Shown here piece by piece: positions 22,035 to 33,685 of a stretch of 41,995 bases of DNA; position 1 is the stretch's first letter, and the number at the start of each line of letters is the position of its first letter. A model generated the notes under the pieces. It searched no databases, was not told where the DNA came from, and saw only the letters and a list, made by a program, of their open reading frames with translations. The position numbers and the translations under genes are program-made. The DNA is from Octopus bimaculoides (Eukaryota): the NCBI RefSeq assembly GCF_001194135.2, contig NC_068983.1, positions 157,702,662-157,744,656 on the forward strand. Reading direction: 5' to 3'.

Positions 22035-23091
22035 NNNNNNNNNNNNNNNNNNNNNNNNNNNNNNNNNNNNNNNNNNNNNNNNNNNNNNNNNNNNNNNNNN
22101 NNNNNNNNNNNNNNNNNNNNNNNNNNNNNNNNNNNNNNNNNNNNNNNNNNNNNNNNNNNNNNNNNNNNNNNNNNNNNNNNNNNNNNNNNNNNNNNNNNNN
22201 NNNNNNNNNNNNNNNNNNNNNNNNNNNNNNNNNNNNNNNNNNNNNNNNNNNNNNNNNNNNNNNNNNNNNNNNNNNNNNNNNNNNNNNNNNNNNNNNNNNN
22301 NNNNNNNNNNNNNNNNNNNNNNNNNNNNNNNNNNNNNNNNNNNNNNNNNNNNNNNNNNNNNNNNNNNNNNNNNNNNNNNNNNNNNNNNNNNNNNNNNNNN
22401 NNNNNNNNNNNNNNNNNNNNNNNNNNNNNNNNNNNNNNNNNNNNNNNNNNNNNNNNNNNNNNNNNNNNNNNNNNNNNNNNNNNNNNNNNNNNNNNNNNNN
22501 NNNNNNNNNNNNNNNNNNNNNNNNNNNNNNNNNNNNNNNNNNNNNNNNNNNNNNNNNNNNNNNNNNNNNNNNNNNNNNNNNNNNNNNNNNNNNNNNNNNN
22601 NNNNNNNNNNNNNNNNNNNNNNNNNNNNNNNNNNNNNNNNNNNNNNNNNNNNNNNNNNNNNNNNNNNNNNNNNNNNNNNNNNNNNNNNNNNNNNNNNNNN
22701 NNNNNNNNNNNNNNNNNNNNNNNNNNNNNNNNNNNNNNNNNNNNNNNNNNNNNNNNNNNNNNNNNNNNNNNNNNNNNNNNNNNNNNNNNNNNNNNNNNNN
22801 NNNNNNNNNNNNNNNNNNNNNNNNNNNNNNNNNNNNNNNNNNNNNNNNNNNNNNNNNNNNNNNNNNNNNNNNNNNNNNNNNNNNNNNNNNNNNNNNNNNN
22901 NNNNNNNNNNNNNNNNNNNNNNNNNNNNNNNNNNNNNNNNNNNNNNNNNNNNNNNNNNNNNNNNNNNNNNNNNNNNNAGTAAGTAAATACGTTTCAAGAA
23001 AGATATTAAAAAAATTCAGTTTGTAAGGAATAAATGTTTGACTGTCGATCGTATTTGGAAGAGAATGACAGATATTTGTATGTATGAGTGT

Positions 23092-23205
23092 GTGAGTTCA
23101 AATTCCGCCGAAGTTGACTTTGCCTTTCATCCTTTCGGGGTCTAAAAAATAAGTACCAGTTGAACACAGGGGTTAATATAATCGACTATTCTCCACCTGC
23201 CTGAA
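23092..23205 (+). mobile_element. Family D SINE fragment
   Basis: GAGTTCAAATTCC B box, then GTTGACTTTGCCTTTCATCCTTTCGGGGTC. Confidence 0.7.
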
Positions 23206-24636
23206 GCCGCCGTTGTGGGAAAAATTTAAAATAATAATAATAATAATAAATGAATAATAATAATAATGACCTCTGCCGATCAAACTCGCAACCCACAACT
23301 AAGTCTTAAGTGTATATATATATGGGCAACACACACACTAAATAAAAAAGATGTTAGTAAGTAAAAGTGTTTTAAAAAAGATTGTTAAATTTTCAGATTA
23401 ACACCCATANNNNNNNNNNNNNNNNNNNNNNNNNNNNNNNNNNNNNNNNNNNNNNNNNNNNNNNNNNNNNNNNNNNNNNNNNNNNNNNNNNNNNNNNNNN
23501 NNNNNNNNNNNNNNNNNNNNNNNNNNNNNNNNNNNNNNNNGTATCAAAATGTGATTTGATACTGAAATAGTTTTCTTTTTCTCCTTCCTTTATTTTTGTA
23601 TTTGTTGTTGGATTTTTCGTAAAGGTTCATAAGAGAAAGTAGGAGTTGAATGGATTTGTATTAGAAAGAGGAAATTAGATTTTATTAGGGAGAAATGTTT
23701 ACTTGTGTAGTATTAAGGATTTTATTCGCTATTAGGAATTTTTTGGAGTGAAAAAATGACGCAGTGACCTAACTTATTGTATTTAGAATATTAATTGCGA
23801 TTGTTTAATCGAAGAAATTTTGAATTGTGTAAATGTATGAATTTTAAACATACACACACACAGAGTAGATTTGCCTTTTATAGTATAGATACATGACGCG
23901 CACAGACACACATGCTAACATATCAATAAAGTCTCCTCTTAAACATTCTACCTGGTTGTGTCTCTCTTTTTCTTTTCGCACTCATATGCATTTATCCTTT
24001 TTATATTTATTATATCGACCGTGTGATGTACTAAGGAGCCATTCTTGTCACCTCTCTTCACATGGACGTTACAACTACATCAACCACTTAGAGCAATTTG
24101 TGGGCCATAGATGTATTCTACAAATTTTTCAGAATTAATGTTGAATCCATGTTAGTACAGAAAAACAGACATTAAACAAATGAATGGATATATTTGTGGA
24201 CCATTGAAGATTTGAAGGTATTTAGACAATTAGACAGTTTCTTGTCTCATGGTTTGTTTAACTTTTGCCTACATACGCATTACCACTGAAGGAAAAGGGG
24301 GATATAGAGGGATATTTCTATATGCAAGATATATATATGTGAATCATGGGCTAATGTAAAAGAAAAACCCTACCGGGTGAGCTATTTACAAAAGGAAGTA
24401 GTTGAATCTTGACTTAAAGCTGAGGAAGCTTTAAGTTTGCTGAGTAACTTGCAAGAAATAGTAGTTAAATATCTTTCAAATTACACCCTACCAATATGTA
24501 AAACAAATGACATTGAATAATGTAGTCCAACAACAACAACAAGAACAACACTTAGAATATGTATGATATTTAGCACGAGCTGAAAAAGGTTTAACATGTC
24601 TGACAGAAAAAGAATATTTAAAATAAACAATATTAA

Positions 24637-24856
24637 CCCTTTCGTTACTGTATTTATTTTGAGATGTTCTGTGTTTCTTTCAATTACTTTAAATATAACA
24701 AAGAATTTAGTAAACTAACTTCGTTATCATTCAGTTAGTGTTAAGAACATAAATTGTGACTAAGGTTTGGTGGAAGATTTTAATTAAAAACTTATGAAGA
24801 CAAGACATTTGTACTCAGAGCCAGAGCCAGTTTCAGCCGGGTTGGTAACGAAAGGG
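24637..24856. mobile_element. piggyBac-type MITE (220 bp)
   Basis: TTAA|CCCTTTCGTTAC ... GTAACGAAAGGG|TTAA; the empty site is visible in the duplicate at about 25013-25035. Confidence 0.9.
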
Positions 24857-25075
24857 TTAAAGACAAGTTGTATCTTTTGAGGTCTAACCACTGAGCACAC
24901 AGGACACAGCCAGTTCCAGCGACAACACAACAGCAGCCACAACAACAACGACAACAGCACTTAGAATATAGCTGAAAAGGTTTAACATGTCTGACAGAAA
25001 AAAGAATATTTAAAATAAACAATATTAAAGACAAATTGTGTTTTGTCTGTGAAATATTTTCTTGGAGTCAATTAC

Positions 25076-25145
25076 CTTACGCACTGAGCCAAATCCACCT
25101 TTGCCAATATGACCTTCATCATCAAATTCAAGTTTATAGCGTTCA
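25076..25145 (-). CDS. EIF2AK1: Kinase exon, Gly-rich loop (YERYKLEFDDEGHIGKGGFGSVRK)
   Basis: Acceptor aaattccag, donor gtaatt, 70 nt, phase 2-0; RYxxEF plus GKGGFG as in eIF2aKs. Confidence 0.95.
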
Positions 25146-25959
25146 CTGGAATTTTAAAAAATTGAATAAAGGAAAAGCACAAAAAAGTTTATCTACGTAA
25201 TAAAAACTGCAGGTACATTTTTAAAACTCCATTTGACTTGTTTCCGTCAATTAATTTTGACAACATAATGGTACCCTAACATCTTGGTTACTCTCTCCCA
25301 AGGTTTTATTACACCTCACTTCTAACATGATCATCAGTTAAACTTCTGCACTCTTCAACTCAGACTTGTTAGAAGCCTACATTTACTTATAAGTTATCTT
25401 CATGGAAATATTTGTGTTCACTGTTGATTTGGCTGCAAAACTGACAACACAAGAAAGGTTCTGGTTTTTGCAGTATGGTCTCAACTAAAAAGCCATCTAA
25501 GTTGAATGTGGGAAGATACCAAAATCATCCAAATTGGTTGAAATTTGTTTGGCAACGGTCTAAAATACTTGGCAGCAAATTGGGAAAGAAGGAATTTAGT
25601 TTGTAGCAGTGTTCTGAGTAAAATGGTCTTTTGCATTCCAGGTGATTTCCTAGTAGTGATTTCAGGCAGGGATAAAAAGCTGGAATTATTACCAGAGGAC
25701 AGCTACCAAGCTTTTGAAAATAATATTTTTTTTTGTTTGCAATTCTTTTGAATGTTGGGTTTACAATTTACAGAAGCAGAAGGATGGTTGATGAAGGTAA
25801 ACATTTTAGTATGGTTAGGTGTTTAGCAGACTTATTGCTAAAAATCATCAGCATAGCTTTGACTATAGTTCAATCAATCAACACACTTAAATAAAGAAGA
25901 TGGAACTTCAGGTTATTTAGCAGTGGTCATAGGAAGCAATGGAATCGTTGTCGTTGTCA

Positions 25960-26300
25960 TCATCATTATTATTATTATTATCTAAAGTCCATTTCTGTGT
26001 TGGCGTGGGTTAGACTGTTTGGCAGGAGCTGACCAGGCTCCATGCCTGTTTTGGCATGGTTTCTATGGCTGGATGCCTATCCTAATGCAAACCACTTTAC
26101 AGAGTGTACTGGGTGCTTTTTACGTGGCACCAGCAACTATGAGCCTGCAAGATTAAGAATGCTCAGTTGGAGAGGGATGCAGGGGTGAAGCCTATATGCA
26201 AGGGCAACCCTACTTTGACTTAGCTTGATATGTCTTTTCAAACAGAAAACTGCCAGGAGTCTCAGTCCCCTGTCATCCCCTCTTTGAGTCCCAACATTTG
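25960..26300 (-). mobile_element. Decayed RTE 3' end
   Basis: GGCTGGATGCCTATCCTAATGCAAACCACT motif and ORF2-end remnant. Confidence 0.6.
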
Positions 26301-26623
26301 TAGCTCCTTTAAGCAGAGGTAAATTTTGAATTTAGAGAAAAAGGAAGAGGTTGAGAGTATTGGGATGAGCAAACTGAAGTGCAAATGAAAGATGAATTGA
26401 CAAATGAAAGTATTTTAAAATGGAAAATGCTTTAGCTTTTCCAGTTGAGTCATTCAGTTCAAGCTAATAATGGAAGCAAACAGTTATTCTGTGTCCTGTC
26501 ACAAACAATGCAGCTTAAAAAAACAAAACAAAAGACAGAAACACAAAACAGAAAAAAAAACACTAACAGTTATACAAAAATATAAATAATAATATTTTTT
26601 AAACTTATAAAACTTTAACTTAC

Positions 26624-26661
26624 TATATTTGAATATTTTGAGGTAATTTATTTAATGGAAC
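26624..26661 (-). CDS. EIF2AK1: Small linker exon (VPLNKLPQNIQI)
   Basis: Acceptor ttttttgcag, donor gtaagt, 38 nt, phase 0-2; bridges the flanking exons exactly (TA+T = Tyr). Confidence 0.8.
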
Positions 26662-27199
26662 CTGCAAAAAAATGAAATTAACATTTATAAAATCAGCTTT
26701 AAAAATGTAACTTTAATTTTTAACTTCACACAATAATACTGGATATCATACTCATGTAATATATATCTATACTTATATGAGCATATAAAAATAGTTTTTA
26801 GATCAATGTATAATTTATTCAAACAAAAGAAATGTTTGGAATAGATTCAAAGTAACTGCATCCTTCAACTGACAAGATAAGACTGGTTGCTACATTGGAG
26901 TTTGTTACAAGTAGATACGTTTTACAAAAATGTGCATAAAATTTCGCTCTCTTCAATGTCTGGAAGAACCAATGGCTACTAACCCAAGATTTCAGCCAGT
27001 TTAAAGCTCAATTAAAAATTCACAGCAACTACCTTATGACAACTTTCATCTGTTTCTATAGTGAAGTTCTACAGGTATAATGAACTCCATAAAAACATTC
27101 CCAACATTTGTCATCCATAAAGTTATTTATGTGATTATCAGTTGCCAAAATATTCTGATTTTAGAGTAAAGACCCGTCCTCCATAGCTGAATTGTTAAG

Positions 27200-27892
27200 G
27201 CCGCATCCCCTGGTGAAGAGGATTGGCCTGCAGGAGTCCTATACTGGTGCCACATAAAAGCAATCATGCTAGTGTCACGTAAAAGTGCTTGTGCCAGTGA
27301 CATGTTAAAAGCACTCGGCACATGCTGTGCAAGCAGCAGGAAGGGCATCCAGCCATAAAAACCAAATCCAAATCAGACTGGAGCTTGGTGCAGCTCCCCA
27401 GCTGGCCAGCCCTGGTCAAACCATCCAACCCATGCCAGCAAGGAAAATGGACGTTAAAGAGTGATGATGATGATGATGAAATAATATAATTAAATATTCT
27501 AATGAGTGCATATGTTGAATGTCCAATTTTCCCTTGAGGGATAGACTGAAAAAATTGATTTAACAGACTTATGCATGAAACTGTGCTCATAAATCGAACT
27601 AAATTCGACAACTGGCACTCATGCCAATGTCGTCTCCTTCATTGGACACTAAACTCGGCTTGCGAAGACCTGTTGGGGCAAGCGAAAGCGAAATCGTGAT
27701 GGCACCTGTGCCATTGCAAGTACCACCTGACTGGCCCTCGTGCCGGTGGCATGCAAAAGCACCCACTACACTCTCGGAGTGGTTGGCGTTAGGAAGGGCA
27801 TCCAGCTGTACAAACTCTGCCAAATCAGATTGGAGCCTGGTGTAGCCATCTGGTTCACCAGTCCTCAGTCAAATCGTCCAACCCATGCTAGA
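27200..27892 (+). mobile_element. Two RTE 3' UTR copies in tandem (27200-27478, 27600-27892)
   Basis: AGGAAGGGCATCCAGC motif; CCTTCATTGGACACTAAAC shared with the long copy. Confidence 0.8.
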
Positions 27893-28034
27893 TACAAGTG
27901 CTGCATGTTGATAGTAAAGGAAAGCTAAGGAGAGATAGACACCTCCTGCAAAAGTTAAATAAATGAGAGAACACAGAAAAGCACATGGTGAATGTTGAGT
28001 GTGTAGCTTATTTACTGATGAAATGCTGTTAAAT

Positions 28035-29055
28035 ATTGATTTCAAATTTTGGCACCAGACCAACAAGTTCAGGGGAGGGGTTAAGTTGATCACATCGACC
28101 CCAGTATTCAACTGATACTTATTTTATCAACCCTGAAAGGGTGAAAGGCTAAGTCAACCTCAGTGGAATTTGAACTCAGAATGGGAAGACAGATGAAATG
28201 GTAAGCATTTTGCCTGGCGTGCTAACAATTCTGCCAGTTCACAACCTTAGTACAATTAAATATATAATTATGTGTGTGTGTGTGAAGTTACAGAGATATA
28301 TTCAATAACAATAAAATCCATGAAGAATAATTTATCAATTAGTTTGTATGCAATAAAGATATAAGAATGTAATGCATACTTACATGTATTTGTTTGAAAA
28401 ATAAAAGATTAAAAAGGATCTTAGAAATGTTTGCTCTTAGACCCTGAAACTCATCCAGAGTACTTGATGGACTTAGCAAATCTTTATCAATTAGGAAGCT
28501 GGATATATCTGGAATAAAAAAAAAGATTTATGAAAATTATCTATAAGAAACAATGGCTATACAATTTATCTTTTTATTATCATATTTCTAAAGAATGTGA
28601 TGAGCTGGCAGAATTGTCACCATACTGAACAAAATGCTTAGCTGCATTTTGTCTGTCTTTACATTCTGAATTCAAATTCTACCAAAGTCGACTTTGTTTT
28701 TCATTCTTTTGGGGTGTATAAACTATGTAATATCCTTTCTACTATAGACACAAGGCTTGAATTTTTTGGGTAGGAGGCTAGTCGATTACAATAACTCGAG
28801 TGCTTAACTGGTACTTCATTCATTGACCTTGAAAAGATTGAAGGGACAAAGTCAACCTGAGCAGAATTAGATCTCAGAATGTAGAGCCAGAAAAAATGCT
28901 GCTAAGCACTTTGTCCAATGCAATAATGATTCTGCCAGCTTGCTACCTTAATAATAATAACAATCCTTTCTACTACAGGTACAAGTTTGGGGGAGGAGAT
29001 AAGTTGATGACAGAGACCCCAATGCTCAATTTGTTCTTGTTTCATTGACCCTGAA
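28035..29055. mobile_element. Cluster of family D SINEs in alternating orientation around exon 28384-28508
   Basis: Copies at 28035-28250 (-), 28600-28720 (+), 28725-28950 (-) and a partial at 28965-29055 (-). Confidence 0.7.
28384..28508 (-). CDS. EIF2AK1: HRI N-terminal domain exon (DISSFLIDKDLLSPSSTLDEFQGLRANISKILFNLLFFKQIH)
   Basis: Acceptor ttttattccag, donor gtaagt, 125 nt, phase 1-0; resembles HRI [27 protein letters not shown]. Confidence 0.88.
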
Positions 29056-29059
29056 AGGC

Positions 29060-29645
29060 GGAATGTTACCATCAGATGAGGGGTTTGCCATGGGTATCCC
29101 TACACAATTAATTTCACTAATGTAGAGCATAAATGTCTTGAGAGAAAAAAACTAGGCATAAGAGGCATCAGATATGGTGTGCAAGAGAGTCGAATGTGCT
29201 GGTATGGTCATGTGATGCATATGGATGAGGACAAATGCTGATCTCTAATTGAAGAGGGAACATGAGATGAGGTGGTGAAGCATGATCTTCAAATGCTGGG
29301 CCCAATGGAGGTAATGACAAGTGATCGAGTTCTCTGACGATATGCTGTGTGTGAGAAGACTCGTTAGGCCAAATGAAATCGTAGTCGTGGCCGCTGTCAG
29401 TGTCATGTGAATGGCACCCATGAAATCATAATTATGGTCATTGCCAGTGTCATGTAAATGGCACCTGTGCTGGTGGTTTTTAAAAGGCACCCATTACACT
29501 CTTGGAGTGGTTGGTGTTAGGAAGGGAATCCAGCAGTAGAAATCATGCCAAATCAGACTGGAACCTGGTGCAGCCCTCTGGCTTACCAGTTCCAGTCAAC
29601 ACCAGCATGGAAAGCAGATCTTAAATGATGCTGATTGATGATGAA
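29060..29645 (+). mobile_element. RTE ORF2 C-terminus and 3' UTR
   Basis: RCGVQE.R..WYGHVMHMDED...EVVKHDLQMLG and the UTR motif. Confidence 0.75.
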
Positions 29646-29727
29646 TGTCTTCATGATGAAATTTGAAACACAGTTAATGGACATTATATTGTGAAATTAA
29701 AAGCAAAGATTTACACGGTTAACTTAC

Positions 29728-29856
29728 CCTGGAATTTTGACTGAGATGCTTTTTTATCATTTCCTTGTATTGAACACAGAAATTCCAGCAAACTTGCCAA
29801 AACAAAATCGGTTGATGAATTTTTGTGACTCAACAGTGCTTTGGAATCGTCAACAC
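29728..29856 (-). CDS. EIF2AK1: HRI N-terminal domain exon (GVDDSKALLSHKNSSTDFVLASLLEFLCSIQGNDKKASQSKFQ)
   Basis: Acceptor atttttcag, donor gtaagt, 129 nt, phase 1-1; resembles HRI [27 protein letters not shown]. Confidence 0.88.
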
Positions 29857-30389
29857 CTGAAAAATAAATTACCCAAATGGATAGTAAAATAATATATTAT
29901 GAAATTTTTAGAATAAACCAGCAATTGTGAATTGGCAAATAAACCAAGATGTTAAACAATATTTGTTGAAGAGAAAGTTAGCAAGAACAGACGACGGTTG
30001 ACTTTTCTTAGCTAACCCTTGATATAACTCTTCAACACGTTCATGCTAAATGTATCTTATAAGGAATTAAGTAGAAAACTGCTAGAAAGAGAAGTCAAAC
30101 CTCTTTTATATTAAACATTACTGTCTTAATGAAGGACAAATTGGATAGTGTAGTCATAGATACTCCTAAAAAGATGGGCTGGTCTGGGCTAGAACCAAAG
30201 TTGACTTGCAGCTAAACAGTATATCTTTGCAGTTTACATTACATGTCTAATAGATTATATTTCAATTATTTTCTGTACAACAGAACAAGTGAGTTTTTTG
30301 TTTGTTGGTTTCTGTCTTTTTGGAAGAAGAAGTGGAAAAAAGAAGAGAAAGCAGAGGGTCAATTCGTATGTAAACATACTTACATAAAT

Positions 30390-30790
30390 ATAGCTGTGTG
30401 GTAAGAAATTTTCTTCCTAATCATATAGTTTTGGGTTCAGTCCCACTGCATGGCAATTTGGGCAAATAATTCCCACTATAGCTCTGGGCCGATCAAAGGC
30501 CTGTGAGTGGATTTGGTAGACAAAAAACTGAAAGAAGCATGTTGTTTGTGTATATGTGTGTGTGTGTGCGTGTGTGTATGTGTGTGAGACTGTCTCCTTG
30601 CCCTGATTTTATGTGGTGGTTGTAAATGAGTGTCACCATCATGCAAGTGCTGTCCTCTGTTTCCAATCATCCATGAAAACATATCTGGTCATGTGGAAAT
30701 ATTACATTACTTGAAAACAAGTGAGGGTTAGCAATAAGAAGGGCATCTGGTTGCAGAAAGTCAGCTTCAACAAATTCCATCTGACCCATG
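30390..30790 (+). mobile_element. Family C SINE with internal (TG)n
   Basis: tRNA head GCTGTGTGGTAAG...GGGTTCAGTCCCACTGC and CORE-like block. Confidence 0.7.
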
Positions 30791-31349
30791 TGGACACAGC
30801 TAAACTGACCTTGGCCATTTTTGGAACTGGTGAGAAGGGGTGTTTTCACTGTATGAATTGTCTCTGGCTTAAGAAACATTCAAGGAAACCTGCTGGATTT
30901 ACCTCAAACGATGTCAGGTTTTCCTAAAATTCGATGAGATTAATGGGAAAAGAAACAAGCAAGTCAGTTGAGCATCCTAGTGACTGAACTAAGGAGTCTT
31001 TTGTATGTAAGGGAGAGAACTCTGTTATTGACTAGATACATTCTCTGACACTCCTGCTTAAGTAAATGTAAGTTACGTAGATTGAAGAATGAATGTCTGG
31101 ACAGAACACTGGCGCATCCAACACTGTAAAACTATGCAGTAGTTTATTCTGTGGGCTGCAGGCTGAACAAATTGTGTTTCTTTTGCTGTCTAGTCTAATC
31201 TTGTATGTCTGGTATTATTGTGTGATGAGGTGTGCATCAACAAGTCAAGCAATACTAGTCGTTTTGTATGGTATTTTACTACCTTTTTCTGTAGATCATG
31301 TTGAATATGTTTGTCAGTTTAAAAAAATTTCCGTTTTATGTTCCTTATT

Positions 31350-32630
31350 CTTTTTTCAGTCCTCTGGCCCCCTCCTATTTATCATAGTCCTCCAGGCAAT
31401 AACACAGGAATTCAAGACAGGATGCCCCTGGGAGCTCCTCTATGCTAATGACCTTGCTCTTATTGCTGAGTCACTATCAGAACTAGAAGAGAAGTTTCAG
31501 GTGTGGAAGCAAGGATTAGAATCGAAGGGCCTTAGAGTCAACCTAGCTAAAACCAAAGTCCTAATAAGTAGGAAGGTAGACAAAGCACAGGTACATGGCC
31601 CTGCTCGATCTGTAGAAAAGGTGTAGGTAGAAACTTTATAAGATGTACCCAGTGCAAGCTATGGACACATAAGAGGTGCAGCAATATCAAAGGAAGGTTA
31701 ACTAGGAAGTTAGAATTTTGTATGTGGCAGATGTTCAGGAGCAATAAACATTGAAAATGTGCAAAGAACAACTTCCACCACATTCCAGGGAGAAAAACTA
31801 GAAGTAGTTGATAGCTTCAGTTACCTAGGTGACCAAGTCAGTAGCGGGGGAGAGGGGACTTAAAGTGTAGCGGCTAGAATAAGAATAGCCTGGGAAAAGT
31901 TTAGAGAGCTCTTACCTTTGCTGGTGACAAAGGGCCTCTCGCTCAGAGTAAAAGGTAGACTGTATGACGCATGTGCACAAACAGCCATGCTACATGGCAG
32001 TGAAGCATGAGCCGTGACTGCTGAGGACATGCGTAAGTTTGCAAGGAATGAAGCCAGTATGCTCTGCTGTATGTGTAATGTCAGTGTGCATACATGACAG
32101 AGTGTAAGCGCCCTGAGAAAAAAGTTGGACCTAAGAAGCATCAGATGTGGTGTGCAAGAGAGACGACTGCGCTGATATGGTCATGTGGCACGAATGGATG
32201 AGGATAGCTGTGTGAAAAAGTACCACACCCTAGTGGTTGAGGGAACCTGTGGAAGAAGTAGATCCAGGAAGACCTAGGATGAGGTGGTGAAGCATGACCT
32301 TCAAACATTAGGCCTCACCAAAGCAATGACTAGTGACCGAGACCTTTGGAAATATGCTGTATGTGAGAAGACCCGGCAAGCCAAGTGAGACAACCTGTGG
32401 CCTATGCCAGGGGTGTAACCAGCCCACTTATGCGTACCTTTCCTTCATTGGACACTAAACCCTGCTTGCGAAGATCTGTTGATGCAAGTGAAATCAAAAT
32501 CAAATCAAATTCACAAATTCGATGACTGGCACCCGTGCCAGTGCAGTGCTAAGAGCACCATCCGAGTGTGATCGCTGCCAGAACAGCTGACTGGCTTCCG
32601 TGCTGGTGGCACATAAAAAGCACCATTCTA
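31350..32630 (+). pseudogene. 5'-truncated RTE LINE: RT (PLLFIIVL...LLYANDL), PHD-like finger, C-terminal domain and 3' UTR; stops and frameshifts
   Basis: GPLLFIIVLQAITQEFKTGCPWELLYANDLALIAES...GLRVNLAKTK; YLGDQVSSG; ERRLR*YGHV; KT*DEVVKHDL. Confidence 0.92.
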
Positions 32631-33685
32631 ATGAACCATCTGGGATTTAAGAGGTTCAATTTCCAGTACATCTATTTCATATGAAGCTTACATTCTTGGA
32701 TAATCTGCCAGTGATTCCACTAAATCACTTGTGTATTCATAGCTTATATTGAATATAGTGTAGAGAATTCATACCTTCCCCTTTTCAATATATTGAGCAA
32801 GATCATTTCTCTGAAGGTACCAAGGTCCTGTCTTCTTTTCTACAATCTAAGGCTTTCATCTTTGCTAGGTTTATCTTAAGTCCCCTCAATTCCAGGTTTA
32901 GCTTCCATAACTGAAAGATGGTAGGATGTGATCTGAGTGAAATTTGGCTGCTATTTCTGGCACGGTGAGTGACTATATAAAAACTTCCTCGTTGGTTTCT
33001 GTCCAGTATGTTCTATCTAATGATCATCAATGATGAAATTTCCCTTATTTGACAGGCCTTCCAGCTACTCTTTGAATATCTGTTATAGAATCCCTTTTTA
33101 AACAGTAGGGAATGGGCTTGAGTGAGATGTAGTTGCTGTTGTTGATGATGATAATGTTTCTGAGGGCTGATAAAATTTAACCATGCAAACTGTATGCTTA
33201 TTTAAGACAGTATCATACAGATTAGTAAGATATTGACAACAACATGGACAACATCTATTAACAAATGCACTTCATCTTTTTAATGCATAGGACTACATTC
33301 TACATTGTAACCTTTCTTTTAAAACTCAATAGAGTAGGATATGAAGGAAATTTAGTTAAGTAGGATTGTATATTATAAGCAGTTAACATACTGAGTTATC
33401 TATAACAAGATACTTATGTTTCAGTAGTTGAGTCTACCAAACTCTAAGCAGAGAGATTCTAAAAAGTGGTATAGCTTACTGTTGCAAAAAGTAAAATTGA
33501 CCATTATTTCATTAACTTTTAGAGCTGAATTAAAACTATTTTTTTGTGACAAGAAAAAGCAAAAAAAAAAAAACTATTTCAGTGTATTTTATCCCTAAGA
33601 CTTTTATGGTGTTATCACAACTCAACAACATCACAGAGAAAGTCATAACCACCATTATCTTATTAAAATATAATTACAGACTTAC

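Noticed and set aside
25545-25751. 68-aa plus ORF and open minus frames between kinase exons
   Set aside because: No convincing splice pair or homology, and the kinase model is complete without it.
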